This document shows, piece after piece, positions 1 to 8,385 of a stretch of DNA of 64,000 nucleotides (position 1 is the stretch's first letter; each line of letters opens with the position of its first letter). Made by a program: the position numbers and the translations under genes. The notes beneath the pieces were generated by a model. It saw only the letters and a list, made by a program, of their open reading frames with translations, made no database searches and was not told the DNA's origin. Source of the DNA: an uncultured Actinomycetota bacterium (lineage in GTDB: Bacteria > Actinomycetota > Actinomycetes > JAHEKZ01); NCBI GenBank assembly GCA_963829525.1, contig CAWHIJ010000003.1, positions 640,001 to 704,000 on the forward strand, read 5' to 3'.

Positions 1-779
1 CCGCCGAGAACGGCTCCCACTGGCGGGGCGACGGGAATGAACGCCAACAGCGCCCACAGCGCAGCAGGTGTCCATCCGACGGATGCCACGACGACCACCA
101 CCAGCGCGCTCGCCAGCAGGGCAACGTACAGGAAGCGGGTGCCTCGGTCGCCGAGTCGCACGGCGAGCGTCCGCTTGCCGGCCACTGCGTCCGTCGGGAT
201 GTCGCGCAAGTTGTTGACGACCAGCAGCGCACAGGCAAGCGCGCCGACCCCGGATGCCACCAGGAGCGCCAGCCACGACCAGGTCAGGGTCTGGATGTAG
301 GTCGTCCCCATCGTTGCCACCAGGCCGAAGAAGAGGAAGACACTCACCTCGCCGAGCCCGCGATAGCCGTAGGGCGAGCGACCCCCGGTGTAGTACCAAG
401 CCGCCGTGACGCATGCCACCCCAACACCGAGCAGCCACCATTCGGTCGTCAAGGCGACGATGACGAGTCCTGCGACTGCCCCGGTCGTGAAGCAGATCAA
501 CGCCGCACGTTTGACGACCGCTGGTGCTGCGATCGCTGCTGCAGTCAGCCGCATCGGCCCGACGCGCTGCTCGTCGGTACCGCGCACGCCGTCGCTGTAG
601 TCGTTGGCGTAGTTGACGCCGACCTGGAAGGCCAGGGCCACCACGAGTGCGAGCGCAGCCAGCGCGTAGTCAACGCTGTCGTAGTAGGCCGCGACTCCGG
701 TCCCTGCTGCGACGGGTGTAACGGCGGCAGGCAGCGTGCGCGGTCGCGCGCCTTGCCACCACTGCCCCGGCGTCGCCAT
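1..779 (-). CDS. menA: 1,4-dihydroxy-2-naphthoate polyprenyltransferase (3' end outside window)
   Basis: Manual minus-strand translation from ATG 779: MATPGQWWQGARPRTLPAA...VNYANDYSDGVRGTD (UbiA/MenA motifs); adjacent to menE. Confidence 0.93.
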   Translation of the reverse strand, partial: MATPGQWWQGARPRTLPAAVTPVAAGTGVAAYYDSVDYALAALALVVALAFQVGVNYANDYSDGVRGTDEQRVGPMRLTAAAIAAPAVVKRAALICFTTGAVAGLVIVALTTEWWLLGVGVACVTAAWYYTGGRSPYGYRGLGEVSVFLFFGLVATMGTTYIQTLTWSWLALLVASGVGALACALLVVNNLRDIPTDAVAGKRTLAVRLGDRGTRFLYVALLASALVVVVVASVGWTPAALWALLAFIPVAPPVGAVLG

Positions 780-805
780 CGTCTGCCCTCTCGTCGAACC
801 GGTGG

Positions 806-1966
806 TCATCGTGCCAGTACGGCAGCAAGATGGCGTGCTGCGGGCCGGTCCGGTTTCCCGCTGGCCAACATTGGCAGCGCCTCCAGCGTTACCACTTCTC
901 GCGGTAGCCACTCCGCTGGAAGCGCACTTCGGCATGAGGAGCGGACGGTGTCCAACTCGATCGAGACGCGAGCGCTTACCAGCGCAACCACCCGTTGACC
1001 CCATTCCTCGTCGAGGACGCCGACGACGATCACAGCGGTGACTCCCGGCACGGCGAGTAGGGCTCGTTCCACCGCCTCAGCCGGCACGTTCACGCCACCG
1101 CTCACGATCACGTTGTCGACTCGGCCCTGCACCTGGAGAAGTCCGTCCTCGAAACGTCCGAGGTCGTTGGTGGTGAACCAACCGTCGGCTGGGGGCCCGA
1201 CCTCGCCCAGGTAGCCGTCGAACAGCATCGGCCCGGCGATCTTGATGCGGCCGTCAGTGGTGATGGCGAGGTCCACATCCGGCAGCGGGACCCCGTCGTA
1301 GACGCAGCCGCCGCAGGTCTCGGTCATGCCGTAGGTGCTGACGACCGTGACCCCCGCACCGGATGCGCGCATCAGCAGGTCATCGGAGGCAGCAGCACCA
1401 CCGACCAGGACTGCGTCGAGCTGCCAGAGTGCTTCCACAGCCGCACCGTCGTCGAGCAGCCGTTGCAGCTGCGTGGGCACGAGGGCGGTGTAGTGCGGTT
1501 GCTCTGAGCTGGCGACGTCCATCGACGCCACTGCCTCTGCGAAGGCGGCAGCTGTGAAGCCGCTCGCAGTGTCGACCACGGCCGGGTCGAGGCCCGCGCG
1601 CAACGACCGGACCAGTACTTGTAGCCCGCCGATATGCGTAGCCGGCAGCGCAAGCAGCCAGCGTCCGGGACCGCCAATTGCCTTGTGGGTGGAGTCGGCG
1701 GAGGCTTTGAGAGCGGCAGCTGCGAGCAGCGCCAGCCGGGGGGACCCGGTGCTACCCGATGTCGGGACGGCAAGGGCAACACCGTCGGGCACCGAGATAC
1801 CGGCCCCGGCCTCTCGGAGTCGATCGCGTTCGGTGCCGGATCTCGGAAGTGGTAGAAGCGGGGCGTCACCCGTGAGTGCGGCGGAGAGCCGGGGAAGGAA
1901 GGTTGCTACAGCAGCACTATCTGGGGCATCCACTAGCTCGAGGACGTTAACTGCGGCGGTGGTCAC
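806..1966 (-). CDS. menE: o-succinylbenzoate-CoA ligase (short actinobacterial type)
   Basis: AMP-binding motifs TSGSTGSPR, TYGMTET, SGKPDR; men cluster context. Confidence 0.9.
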   Translation of the reverse strand: MTTAAVNVLELVDAPDSAAVATFLPRLSAALTGDAPLLPLPRSGTERDRLREAGAGISVPDGVALAVPTSGSTGSPRLALLAAAALKASADSTHKAIGGPGRWLLALPATHIGGLQVLVRSLRAGLDPAVVDTASGFTAAAFAEAVASMDVASSEQPHYTALVPTQLQRLLDDGAAVEALWQLDAVLVGGAAASDDLLMRASGAGVTVVSTYGMTETCGGCVYDGVPLPDVDLAITTDGRIKIAGPMLFDGYLGEVGPPADGWFTTNDLGRFEDGLLQVQGRVDNVIVSGGVNVPAEAVERALLAVPGVTAVIVVGVLDEEWGQRVVALVSARVSIELDTVRSSCRSALPAEWLPREVVTLEALPMLASGKPDRPAARHLAAVLAR

Positions 1967-2060
1967 CTGTGCATTGTTGCGCCTCGCACGTCAGTGAGCC
2001 GGGCGGGCAACGTCCACGCCGCGCCCGTACGCTGGGAGCCGATCGGAGAGGAGCCCCGCG

Positions 2061-2960
2061 ATGACCGAGCAGACTGGCCAGCAAACTGACCCGCCTGGGC
2101 ACCCGGACGCCGTCACCACCATCAAGTCCGGCGCCGACTGGGTCGGGGCCGGCGACTACTCCGACATCGAGTATCACGTCGCCGAGGGCATCGCGAAGAT
2201 CACCATCAACCGCCCCGAGGTGCGCAATGCGTTCCGTCCGCAGACGCTCTTCGAGCTGACCAGTGCCTTCGACCGCGCCCGCGACGATGACGAGGTCGGC
2301 GTCATCATCCTCACCGGCAAGGGCGACAAGGCGTTCTGCTCAGGCGGTGACCAACGCATCCGGGGCGATGATGGCTACATCGGTGACGACGACGTCGCAC
2401 ACAAGGGAATCGGACGGCTCAACGTTCTCGACCTGCAGGTACAGATCCGTCGGACGCCGAAGCCAGTCGTCGCGATGATCGCCGGGTACGCCGTCGGGGG
2501 CGGTCACGTGCTGCATGTGGTGTGTGATCTGTCGATCGCCGCCGAGAACGCCCGGTTCCAGCAGACCGGCCCCAAGGTCGGATCCTTCGACGGTGGGTAC
2601 GGCTCCGGACTGCTGGCCAGGCACGTCGGGCAGAAACGAGCCCGCGAGATCTGGTTTCTGTGTCGCCAGTACGACGCAGCAACTGCGCTGGACTGGGGAC
2701 TTGTCAACGCTGTCGTCCCGATTGAGGAGCTTGAGATCGAGACGGTGCAGTGGTGCCGCGAGATGTTGCAACACTCACCCCTCGCCCTGCGGATGCTCAA
2801 GGCGTCCCTCAATGCTGCTGACGACGGTCTGGCCGGCATTCAGCAGCTGGCCGGCGACGCGACGCTGCTCTTCTACATGACTGAGGAAGCGCAAGAAGGA
2901 CGGGATGCCTACGTTGCCAAGCGCAAACCCGACTTCGGCAAGTTCCCGAAGCGTCCGTAA
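2061..2960 (+). CDS. menB: 1,4-dihydroxy-2-naphthoyl-CoA synthase
   Basis: [23 protein letters not shown] crotonase/MenB motifs. Confidence 0.97.
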   Translation: MTEQTGQQTDPPGHPDAVTTIKSGADWVGAGDYSDIEYHVAEGIAKITINRPEVRNAFRPQTLFELTSAFDRARDDDEVGVIILTGKGDKAFCSGGDQRIRGDDGYIGDDDVAHKGIGRLNVLDLQVQIRRTPKPVVAMIAGYAVGGGHVLHVVCDLSIAAENARFQQTGPKVGSFDGGYGSGLLARHVGQKRAREIWFLCRQYDAATALDWGLVNAVVPIEELEIETVQWCREMLQHSPLALRMLKASLNAADDGLAGIQQLAGDATLLFYMTEEAQEGRDAYVAKRKPDFGKFPKRP

Positions 2961-2962
2961 CA

Positions 2963-3955
2963 GTGCAAGTGCTGCCGTCCGTCGACGACCTGCTGGACGG
3001 GGCCATCGGTTTCGCCGTCCCGCTCAAGACGACTTTCCGAAGGACGCGGGTGCGCGAGGGGCTGTTGATCCACGGGCCGACCGGCTGGGGGGAGTTTGCA
3101 CCCTTCCCGGAGTACGAACCTGCTCAGTGCGCCCGCTGGCTTTCGGCCGCGATCGAGGCGGCGTGGATCGGTTGGCCCGACGCCGTGCGCGAGACCGTCC
3201 TCGTCAACGCGATCGTCCCCGCAACCGATGCTGAGACCGCCGGACGCTTGGTGCACGAGTCCGGCTGCTCCACAGTCAAGGTGAAAGTCGCCGAGCCCGG
3301 ACAGTCGCTCGACGACGACATTGCTCGGGTTGCTGCAGTACGCGACGCGCTCGGCACTGCAGGCCGCATCCGCGTCGACGCCAACGGGGCCTGGACCACC
3401 GAAGAGGCGGCGGCGGCCCTGCAGGCGCTGGGCGAGTTCGATCTCGAGTACGTCGAGCAACCATGCGCGACGCTCGTCGAGTGCGCAGCACTCCGCCGCA
3501 TCATTGGCCTTCCCGTCGCCATCGACGAGGCGCTCCGCACCGCTGACGACCCGCACCACGTCGTCGGTCTGCGTGAGGGGGCTGACCTCCTCGTGCTCAA
3601 GGTGCCTCCGCTCGGCGGTGTCGGCCCCGCGCTCGCCGTGGCCGGCTCTTATGGACTGCCCTGCGTCGTGTCGTCGGCCCTTGATACCTCCGTCGGCCTG
3701 TCAGCTGGTCTGGCGCTGGCGGCGTCCCTGCCCGAGCTCCCCTACGCCTGTGGGCTCGGCTCGGGTCGGCTGCTGAGCGGCGACGTGACGACCGACCGTC
3801 TCATCCCTGCGGACGGCGAGCTGCGCGTCCTGCGGAGCTCGCCGACCCCCGACACTCCAGAGGATGCGGCGATGTCGGCTGCCCGGTTCACCCAGTGGCG
3901 ACAGCGCCTGGCCGAGGCCTATGACGCGCTCATCGGCGACGGAATGCGTTCGTAG
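2963..3955 (+). CDS. menC: o-succinylbenzoate synthase
   Basis: Enolase-superfamily KVKV, RVDANG, YVEQP, AIDE motifs; 2 nt after menB. Confidence 0.92.
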   Translation: MQVLPSVDDLLDGAIGFAVPLKTTFRRTRVREGLLIHGPTGWGEFAPFPEYEPAQCARWLSAAIEAAWIGWPDAVRETVLVNAIVPATDAETAGRLVHESGCSTVKVKVAEPGQSLDDDIARVAAVRDALGTAGRIRVDANGAWTTEEAAAALQALGEFDLEYVEQPCATLVECAALRRIIGLPVAIDEALRTADDPHHVVGLREGADLLVLKVPPLGGVGPALAVAGSYGLPCVVSSALDTSVGLSAGLALAASLPELPYACGLGSGRLLSGDVTTDRLIPADGELRVLRSSPTPDTPEDAAMSAARFTQWRQRLAEAYDALIGDGMRS

Positions 3956-4097
3956 GAGATGCGCTCAGACTGAGCGGGGAGATCAATCGCGATGTCCCTC
4001 GATCCGCCGATCGAGTGGGCACTTCATCCGGTCGATACAGTCAGAGCGTCGTCATCGGGCACCCGATGAGCCGGATGCGAACGGTCGAGAGGCAGCC

Positions 4098-5804
4098 ATG
4101 AACCCGTCCACCGCGCTGGCCACGGTGCTGGTCGACGAGCTGCTCCGCTGTGGCATGCGCGAGGCGGTCCTGGCACCGGGGTCGCGGTCCACGCCACTTG
4201 CGCTGGCGCTTTACGAGCTGGAGGCCGAAGGTCGGGTGCGCCTCCATGTGCGCATCGACGAACGGAGCGCCGGATTCCTCGCCCTGGGTCTCGCGAAAGC
4301 ATCCGGTACACCGGTCCCGGTCGTGACCACCTCGGGTACTGCAGCGGCCAACCTGCACCCGGCCGCGATCGAAGCCGATCAGTCCGGCGTTCCGCTGCTG
4401 CTTCTCACCGCCGACCGTCCCCCAGAGCTGCGCTCAACAGGCGCTAACCAGACGATCGACCAGGTCAAGCTTTTCGGGGACTCCGTGCGGCTGTTCGCCG
4501 AGGTAGGCGCCCCCGAGCGGGTCGTCGGGCTGACCGCCTATTGGCGCGCACTGACCGGACGTGCATGGGCCGCTGCACTCGGCGCGCTCACCCGAAACCC
4601 TGGGCCAGTGCATCTGAACGTAGCGTTCCGCGAGCCTCTCGTCCCCGATGGCGACTTCGACTGGCCTGAGCCGCTCGGCGGACGCGAGCACGGTGCACCC
4701 TGGACCGCCGCGGAGGTACCGCTGACGATGGCGCCCAGCGTCCGAATGCCTGTCCGCACCTTGGTTGTCGTTGGTGACACAACTCCTGCGATGGGTCGCG
4801 CTGCATCGGTTCTGGCCGAGGAGCACGGGTGGCCAGTCATCAGTGAACCCAGCGGAAATGCGCGACGTGGTCCGAATGCGATATCGATGGGTGGTTCGCT
4901 GCTCGAGCTCGGTGCGTTCATGAACGCCGCCCGACCCGACCACATTCTCGTGGTGGGTCGACCGACCCTGTCCCGCGCGGTGCTGGCGCTGCTTCGCGAC
5001 CCACGCTCAGCTGTGTCAGTGGTTGCAACGACCGCGAACTGGGCGGACGCGACGCGTACCGCCGCGCAGGTGCTGCCGGCTCTCCCGGCTGCCGACGGCC
5101 ACCATGAGCCAGATGTGGAGTGGCTCTCGCTCTGGCAGGGGGCCGAGCATGCCGCGCGTGCAGCCCTGGACGAAGTCCTCAATGACGAAGAAGCTGCTGA
5201 GCTGGGGCTGGCTAGCTCGCTCTATAGCGCGCTGCCAGCTGACGCGTTGCTCTTCCTGGGTTCATCCATGCCGGTGCGCGATTTCTTTTCCGCCGCAGCA
5301 CCACGCGACGGCGTCACGGTGTTCGCCAATCGTGGTGCCGCTGGAATTGACGGCACCGTTTCTACCGCACTGGGTGCGGCACTGGCCTGGCAGCGTGACG
5401 GCGGGGGCCGGGCTTTCGCGGTGATGGGGGATCTCACCGCACTGCACGATGCCAACGGGCTGCTCCTCGGTCCTGACGAACCTGAGCCGGACCTCACCCT
5501 GATCGTCGTCAACAACAACGGGGGGGCCATTTTCGGCTTGCTTGAGCAGGGCGCTGAACAGTACGCCGATGCTCACGAGCGCGTCTTCGGGACGCCGCAC
5601 GGCGTCGACTTTGCCGCCTGGTGCGGAGCGACTCAGACGCCGCATACGCGCACCGCGTCGGTTGGTGCTGCGCTCGATGCCGCGCTGGATCCCCGTGGTG
5701 GGGGCATCCGTGTCGTCGAGATGCGGACCGACCGCGCAGCCGTTGCCCGAGTGCGCTGGTCTCTGCGCACGGTCATCGACCAAGCGGTGACCCCGCTGCT
5801 CTGA
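4098..5804 (+). CDS. menD: SEPHCHC synthase (ThDP-dependent)
   Basis: PGSRSTPLA, DERSAGF, NRGAAGIDG, GD...NN ThDP motif; start set at MNPS after GAGAGG rather than the longer ORF. Confidence 0.95.
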   Translation: MNPSTALATVLVDELLRCGMREAVLAPGSRSTPLALALYELEAEGRVRLHVRIDERSAGFLALGLAKASGTPVPVVTTSGTAAANLHPAAIEADQSGVPLLLLTADRPPELRSTGANQTIDQVKLFGDSVRLFAEVGAPERVVGLTAYWRALTGRAWAAALGALTRNPGPVHLNVAFREPLVPDGDFDWPEPLGGREHGAPWTAAEVPLTMAPSVRMPVRTLVVVGDTTPAMGRAASVLAEEHGWPVISEPSGNARRGPNAISMGGSLLELGAFMNAARPDHILVVGRPTLSRAVLALLRDPRSAVSVVATTANWADATRTAAQVLPALPAADGHHEPDVEWLSLWQGAEHAARAALDEVLNDEEAAELGLASSLYSALPADALLFLGSSMPVRDFFSAAAPRDGVTVFANRGAAGIDGTVSTALGAALAWQRDGGGRAFAVMGDLTALHDANGLLLGPDEPEPDLTLIVVNNNGGAIFGLLEQGAEQYADAHERVFGTPHGVDFAAWCGATQTPHTRTASVGAALDAALDPRGGGIRVVEMRTDRAAVARVRWSLRTVIDQAVTPLL

Positions 5805-5964
5805 CGCCTTGTCGGCCTGCGGGCTGCCCAGCCTTGCCGAATGTGTGGGGCGATCAGAGGCTATCGGCCCTCCTCATCGGTGCGCAGGGGGCTTACGGTG
5901 GGAGTGATGGCGTGCCGATGGCGGCGGCTTTCACCGCCGGGAGCCCCGTCGGGGGAGGTGAGTC

Positions 5965-6651
5965 ATGCGGCTCTCCCGACGCGGGGCGAGACTCTTCGCG
6001 GCTCTTCTCACCACCGTTCTGGTCGTAGGGTGTACTGCGTCCGAACCCGCGGCGACCGAGTCCCCCGAACCGACCCGGGCCCCCACGTCCGCTTCCCCGA
6101 CCGACTCCGCGTCCCCGACCGACTCTGCGTCACCGTCCCGAAGTCAGTCGACGTCGCCCACTCCGAGCACCTCCCCGACCCCGCCGCCGTTGCCGATGAT
6201 CGGATGGGGTGACGGCAAGTATCCGGTTCCGTGCTTCACCCGCACGCCGACCGTGAGATTCGAGGACGGGAAGGCCACCTACCGTGGATTCCAAGTGACC
6301 GCCCGAGTGGTCGCGAGGGGTGATCTCGCTTCCTACGAGTCGGTGTCGATCCACATCGTGTGCGAGGGTGCCAGCTCTAGCCCGAGTTCGGTCCTGGTCT
6401 ACGTCGGCGCTCTCGACGGCCCCAAGTACGTGGGTCTGGCCCTGACACCGGAGGAGTACATCGACCTGAAGAGGGCTAGGTATGTCGATGAGGAGCTCGA
6501 GCTGACCGGCTACGGCTTCACGCGACGCGCTCCGCTGTGCTGCCCGGACCTGCTCGTCACCAAGACGGTCGCGCTGCAGGACGGGGAGCTGGTCAAGACC
6601 GGGCTGACCAAGGAGCCCTACAAGGACAAGAATCCCGTGGGGGATGGCTGA
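5965..6651 (+). CDS. Putative lipoprotein with Ser/Thr/Pro-rich linker (LppP/LprE-like CCP motif)
   Basis: Signal peptide with VVGC lipobox, STP-rich tether, APLCCP motif; family assignment tentative. Confidence 0.6.
   Translation: MRLSRRGARLFAALLTTVLVVGCTASEPAATESPEPTRAPTSASPTDSASPTDSASPSRSQSTSPTPSTSPTPPPLPMIGWGDGKYPVPCFTRTPTVRFEDGKATYRGFQVTARVVARGDLASYESVSIHIVCEGASSSPSSVLVYVGALDGPKYVGLALTPEEYIDLKRARYVDEELELTGYGFTRRAPLCCPDLLVTKTVALQDGELVKTGLTKEPYKDKNPVGDG
6088..6135 (+). repeat. In-frame 18-bp tandem repeat (SASPTD x2 plus a partial copy)
   Basis: tccgcttccccgaccgac / tccgcgtccccgaccgac / tctgcgtcaccg. Confidence 0.7.
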
Positions 6652-6653
6652 GT

Positions 6654-7628
6654 TCAGCCGACCTTGGCCTTGCGGGTCTCCTCGATGATGGCCGGAAGCA
6701 CCTTGCCAATGTCGCCGATGATGGCGTAATCGGCGTAGCCCATGATCGCTGCCTCGGGGTCGGTGTTGATGACGATCATCGTCTTGGAGTTACGACAGCC
6801 GGCGATGTGCTGGGTCGCACCGCTGATGCCACAGGCGATGTAGAGGTCGGGTGCCACCTTGGTGCCGGTCTGCCCCACCTGCTCGGTATGCGGTCGCCAA
6901 CCGTTGCCGGTGACGACGCGCGAACACCCGATCGTGCCGCCAAGGAGCTCGGCGAGCTCTTCGAGTGGAGCAAAGCCATCAGCGCTGCCGACGCCGCGCC
7001 CACCTGAGACGATCACTTTGGCGTCGGCCAGCGACACACCGGTGGACTCCTCGGCCGCAGCTGCCGGCTTGGCAATCACGAGCAGGTCCGCGTCCGACAG
7101 TTGTGGCGTGAACTCTGCAACGGTTCCGGCGCCAGCCCCATCAGGCTCGGCGACAATCGTGTGCGGAACCAGGCTGACCAGTGCTGGCGAGCCGTGCAGG
7201 TTCGCCTCCTCCATGAGGCTGCCGCCCCATCGAGCGCGTTCCACCTTCGTCGGCGACCCAGGGGTGACCTTGACGCAGTCGGCGGCTACGGGCAGGTCGG
7301 TGATGGCACCCAGGTGGGCCAGCACCTCGTTTCCGCGCGGTGATCCGGTTGCCAGGACCACCGATGCCTCGGTGCGCGAGGCGACCTCGGCGGCTGCGCG
7401 CGCCGACGCAAGTGGGGCGTAGTCGGTCAGCCGGTCATGGACGGCGATATGCACGGTCGCGACGCCGTGCGCTGCGAGGGCCTCCGCAACTCCGCTGCCG
7501 TCGGCGCCGACGACCAGAGCATCGAGAGACTCACCGGTCGACGCCGCGAGCGCGCGTCCGTACGTGACGGCTTGAAGGGACAACTCGTCGAGCTGTCCAT
7601 GGTCGTGGTCGACAAGAACCAGCACCAT
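6654..7628 (-). CDS. etfA: Electron transfer flavoprotein alpha subunit
   Basis: VSGGRG, QVGQTG, GISGATQHIAG, INTDPEA. Confidence 0.95.
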   Translation of the reverse strand: MVLVLVDHDHGQLDELSLQAVTYGRALAASTGESLDALVVGADGSGVAEALAAHGVATVHIAVHDRLTDYAPLASARAAAEVASRTEASVVLATGSPRGNEVLAHLGAITDLPVAADCVKVTPGSPTKVERARWGGSLMEEANLHGSPALVSLVPHTIVAEPDGAGAGTVAEFTPQLSDADLLVIAKPAAAAEESTGVSLADAKVIVSGGRGVGSADGFAPLEELAELLGGTIGCSRVVTGNGWRPHTEQVGQTGTKVAPDLYIACGISGATQHIAGCRNSKTMIVINTDPEAAIMGYADYAIIGDIGKVLPAIIEETRKAKVG

Positions 7629-7629
7629 C

Positions 7630-8385
7630 TCAGATCACTCCGATCTGCTTGAAGATCTCGACGACAGCAGGAGCAGCCTCGGGGCCATTGCCCAGGACCT
7701 GCGCCTGCTTGGCCTCTGTGACCGGAACCTCGAGCCTGGTCTTCTCCAGCTTCGACTCCGGGCGCTCGGGGTTGCGGTGTTCGATCGGCTTCTTCTTCGC
7801 GCGGATCCGGCCGGGTACCGACGGATAGCGCGGGATGTTGAGACCGTCGAGCACGGTGACGACCGCGGGCAGGGGCACCTCGTAGAACTCGCGTCCGGTC
7901 TTCACCGGGCGCTCGAAGGTGGCCTTGCCCTCCTCGACCGTGATCCCCTTCACGCCGGTGACGATGGGGCGTCCCAGCTTGTGCGCCACCCGGATCCCGA
8001 CCTGGTAGCCGCTGGCGTCGGCCGACTCGTTCCCCATGATGACAAGGTCGAAGTCGCTCTCGTCCTCGTTGATCGCCTCGGCGATGGCTGACGCCGTCGC
8101 CTGAGGGTCCCACTCCTGGCCGTCGGTCTCGATCAGGATTCCGCGATCGGCGCCGATCGCCATCTGCTCGCGGATCTGCTCTTCGGCCTCAGGCGGACCG
8201 AGGGTGAGCACAGTGACGCTGCCGCCATGCTTCTCGACAATCCGCACCGCTTCCTCGACCGCCACCTCTTCGTGCGGACTGATCGTGAAGCCGAGCTTGG
8301 CCGTCTCTATGTCGCGGCCGTCCTCGGTGATCGTGAACTTGCCCCCGGAAAGGGGGACGCGCTTGATGCAGACCATTACGTCCAT
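7630..8385 (-). CDS. etfB: Electron transfer flavoprotein beta subunit
   Basis: VCIKRVP, AVEEA, GADRG, NIPRYPS; directly upstream of etfA. Confidence 0.95.
   Translation of the reverse strand: MDVMVCIKRVPLSGGKFTITEDGRDIETAKLGFTISPHEEVAVEEAVRIVEKHGGSVTVLTLGPPEAEEQIREQMAIGADRGILIETDGQEWDPQATASAIAEAINEDESDFDLVIMGNESADASGYQVGIRVAHKLGRPIVTGVKGITVEEGKATFERPVKTGREFYEVPLPAVVTVLDGLNIPRYPSVPGRIRAKKKPIEHRNPERPESKLEKTRLEVPVTEAKQAQVLGNGPEAAPAVVEIFKQIGVI

Noticed and set aside
3956-4097. TPP riboswitch upstream of ThDP-dependent menD
   Set aside because: No CTGAGA / CCTGA...GGGA core; kept only as an unexplained structured spacer.
6088-6135. CRISPR-like or mobile repeat
   Set aside because: In-frame low-complexity linker repeat with no spacers; no cas or transposase genes recognised in the window.
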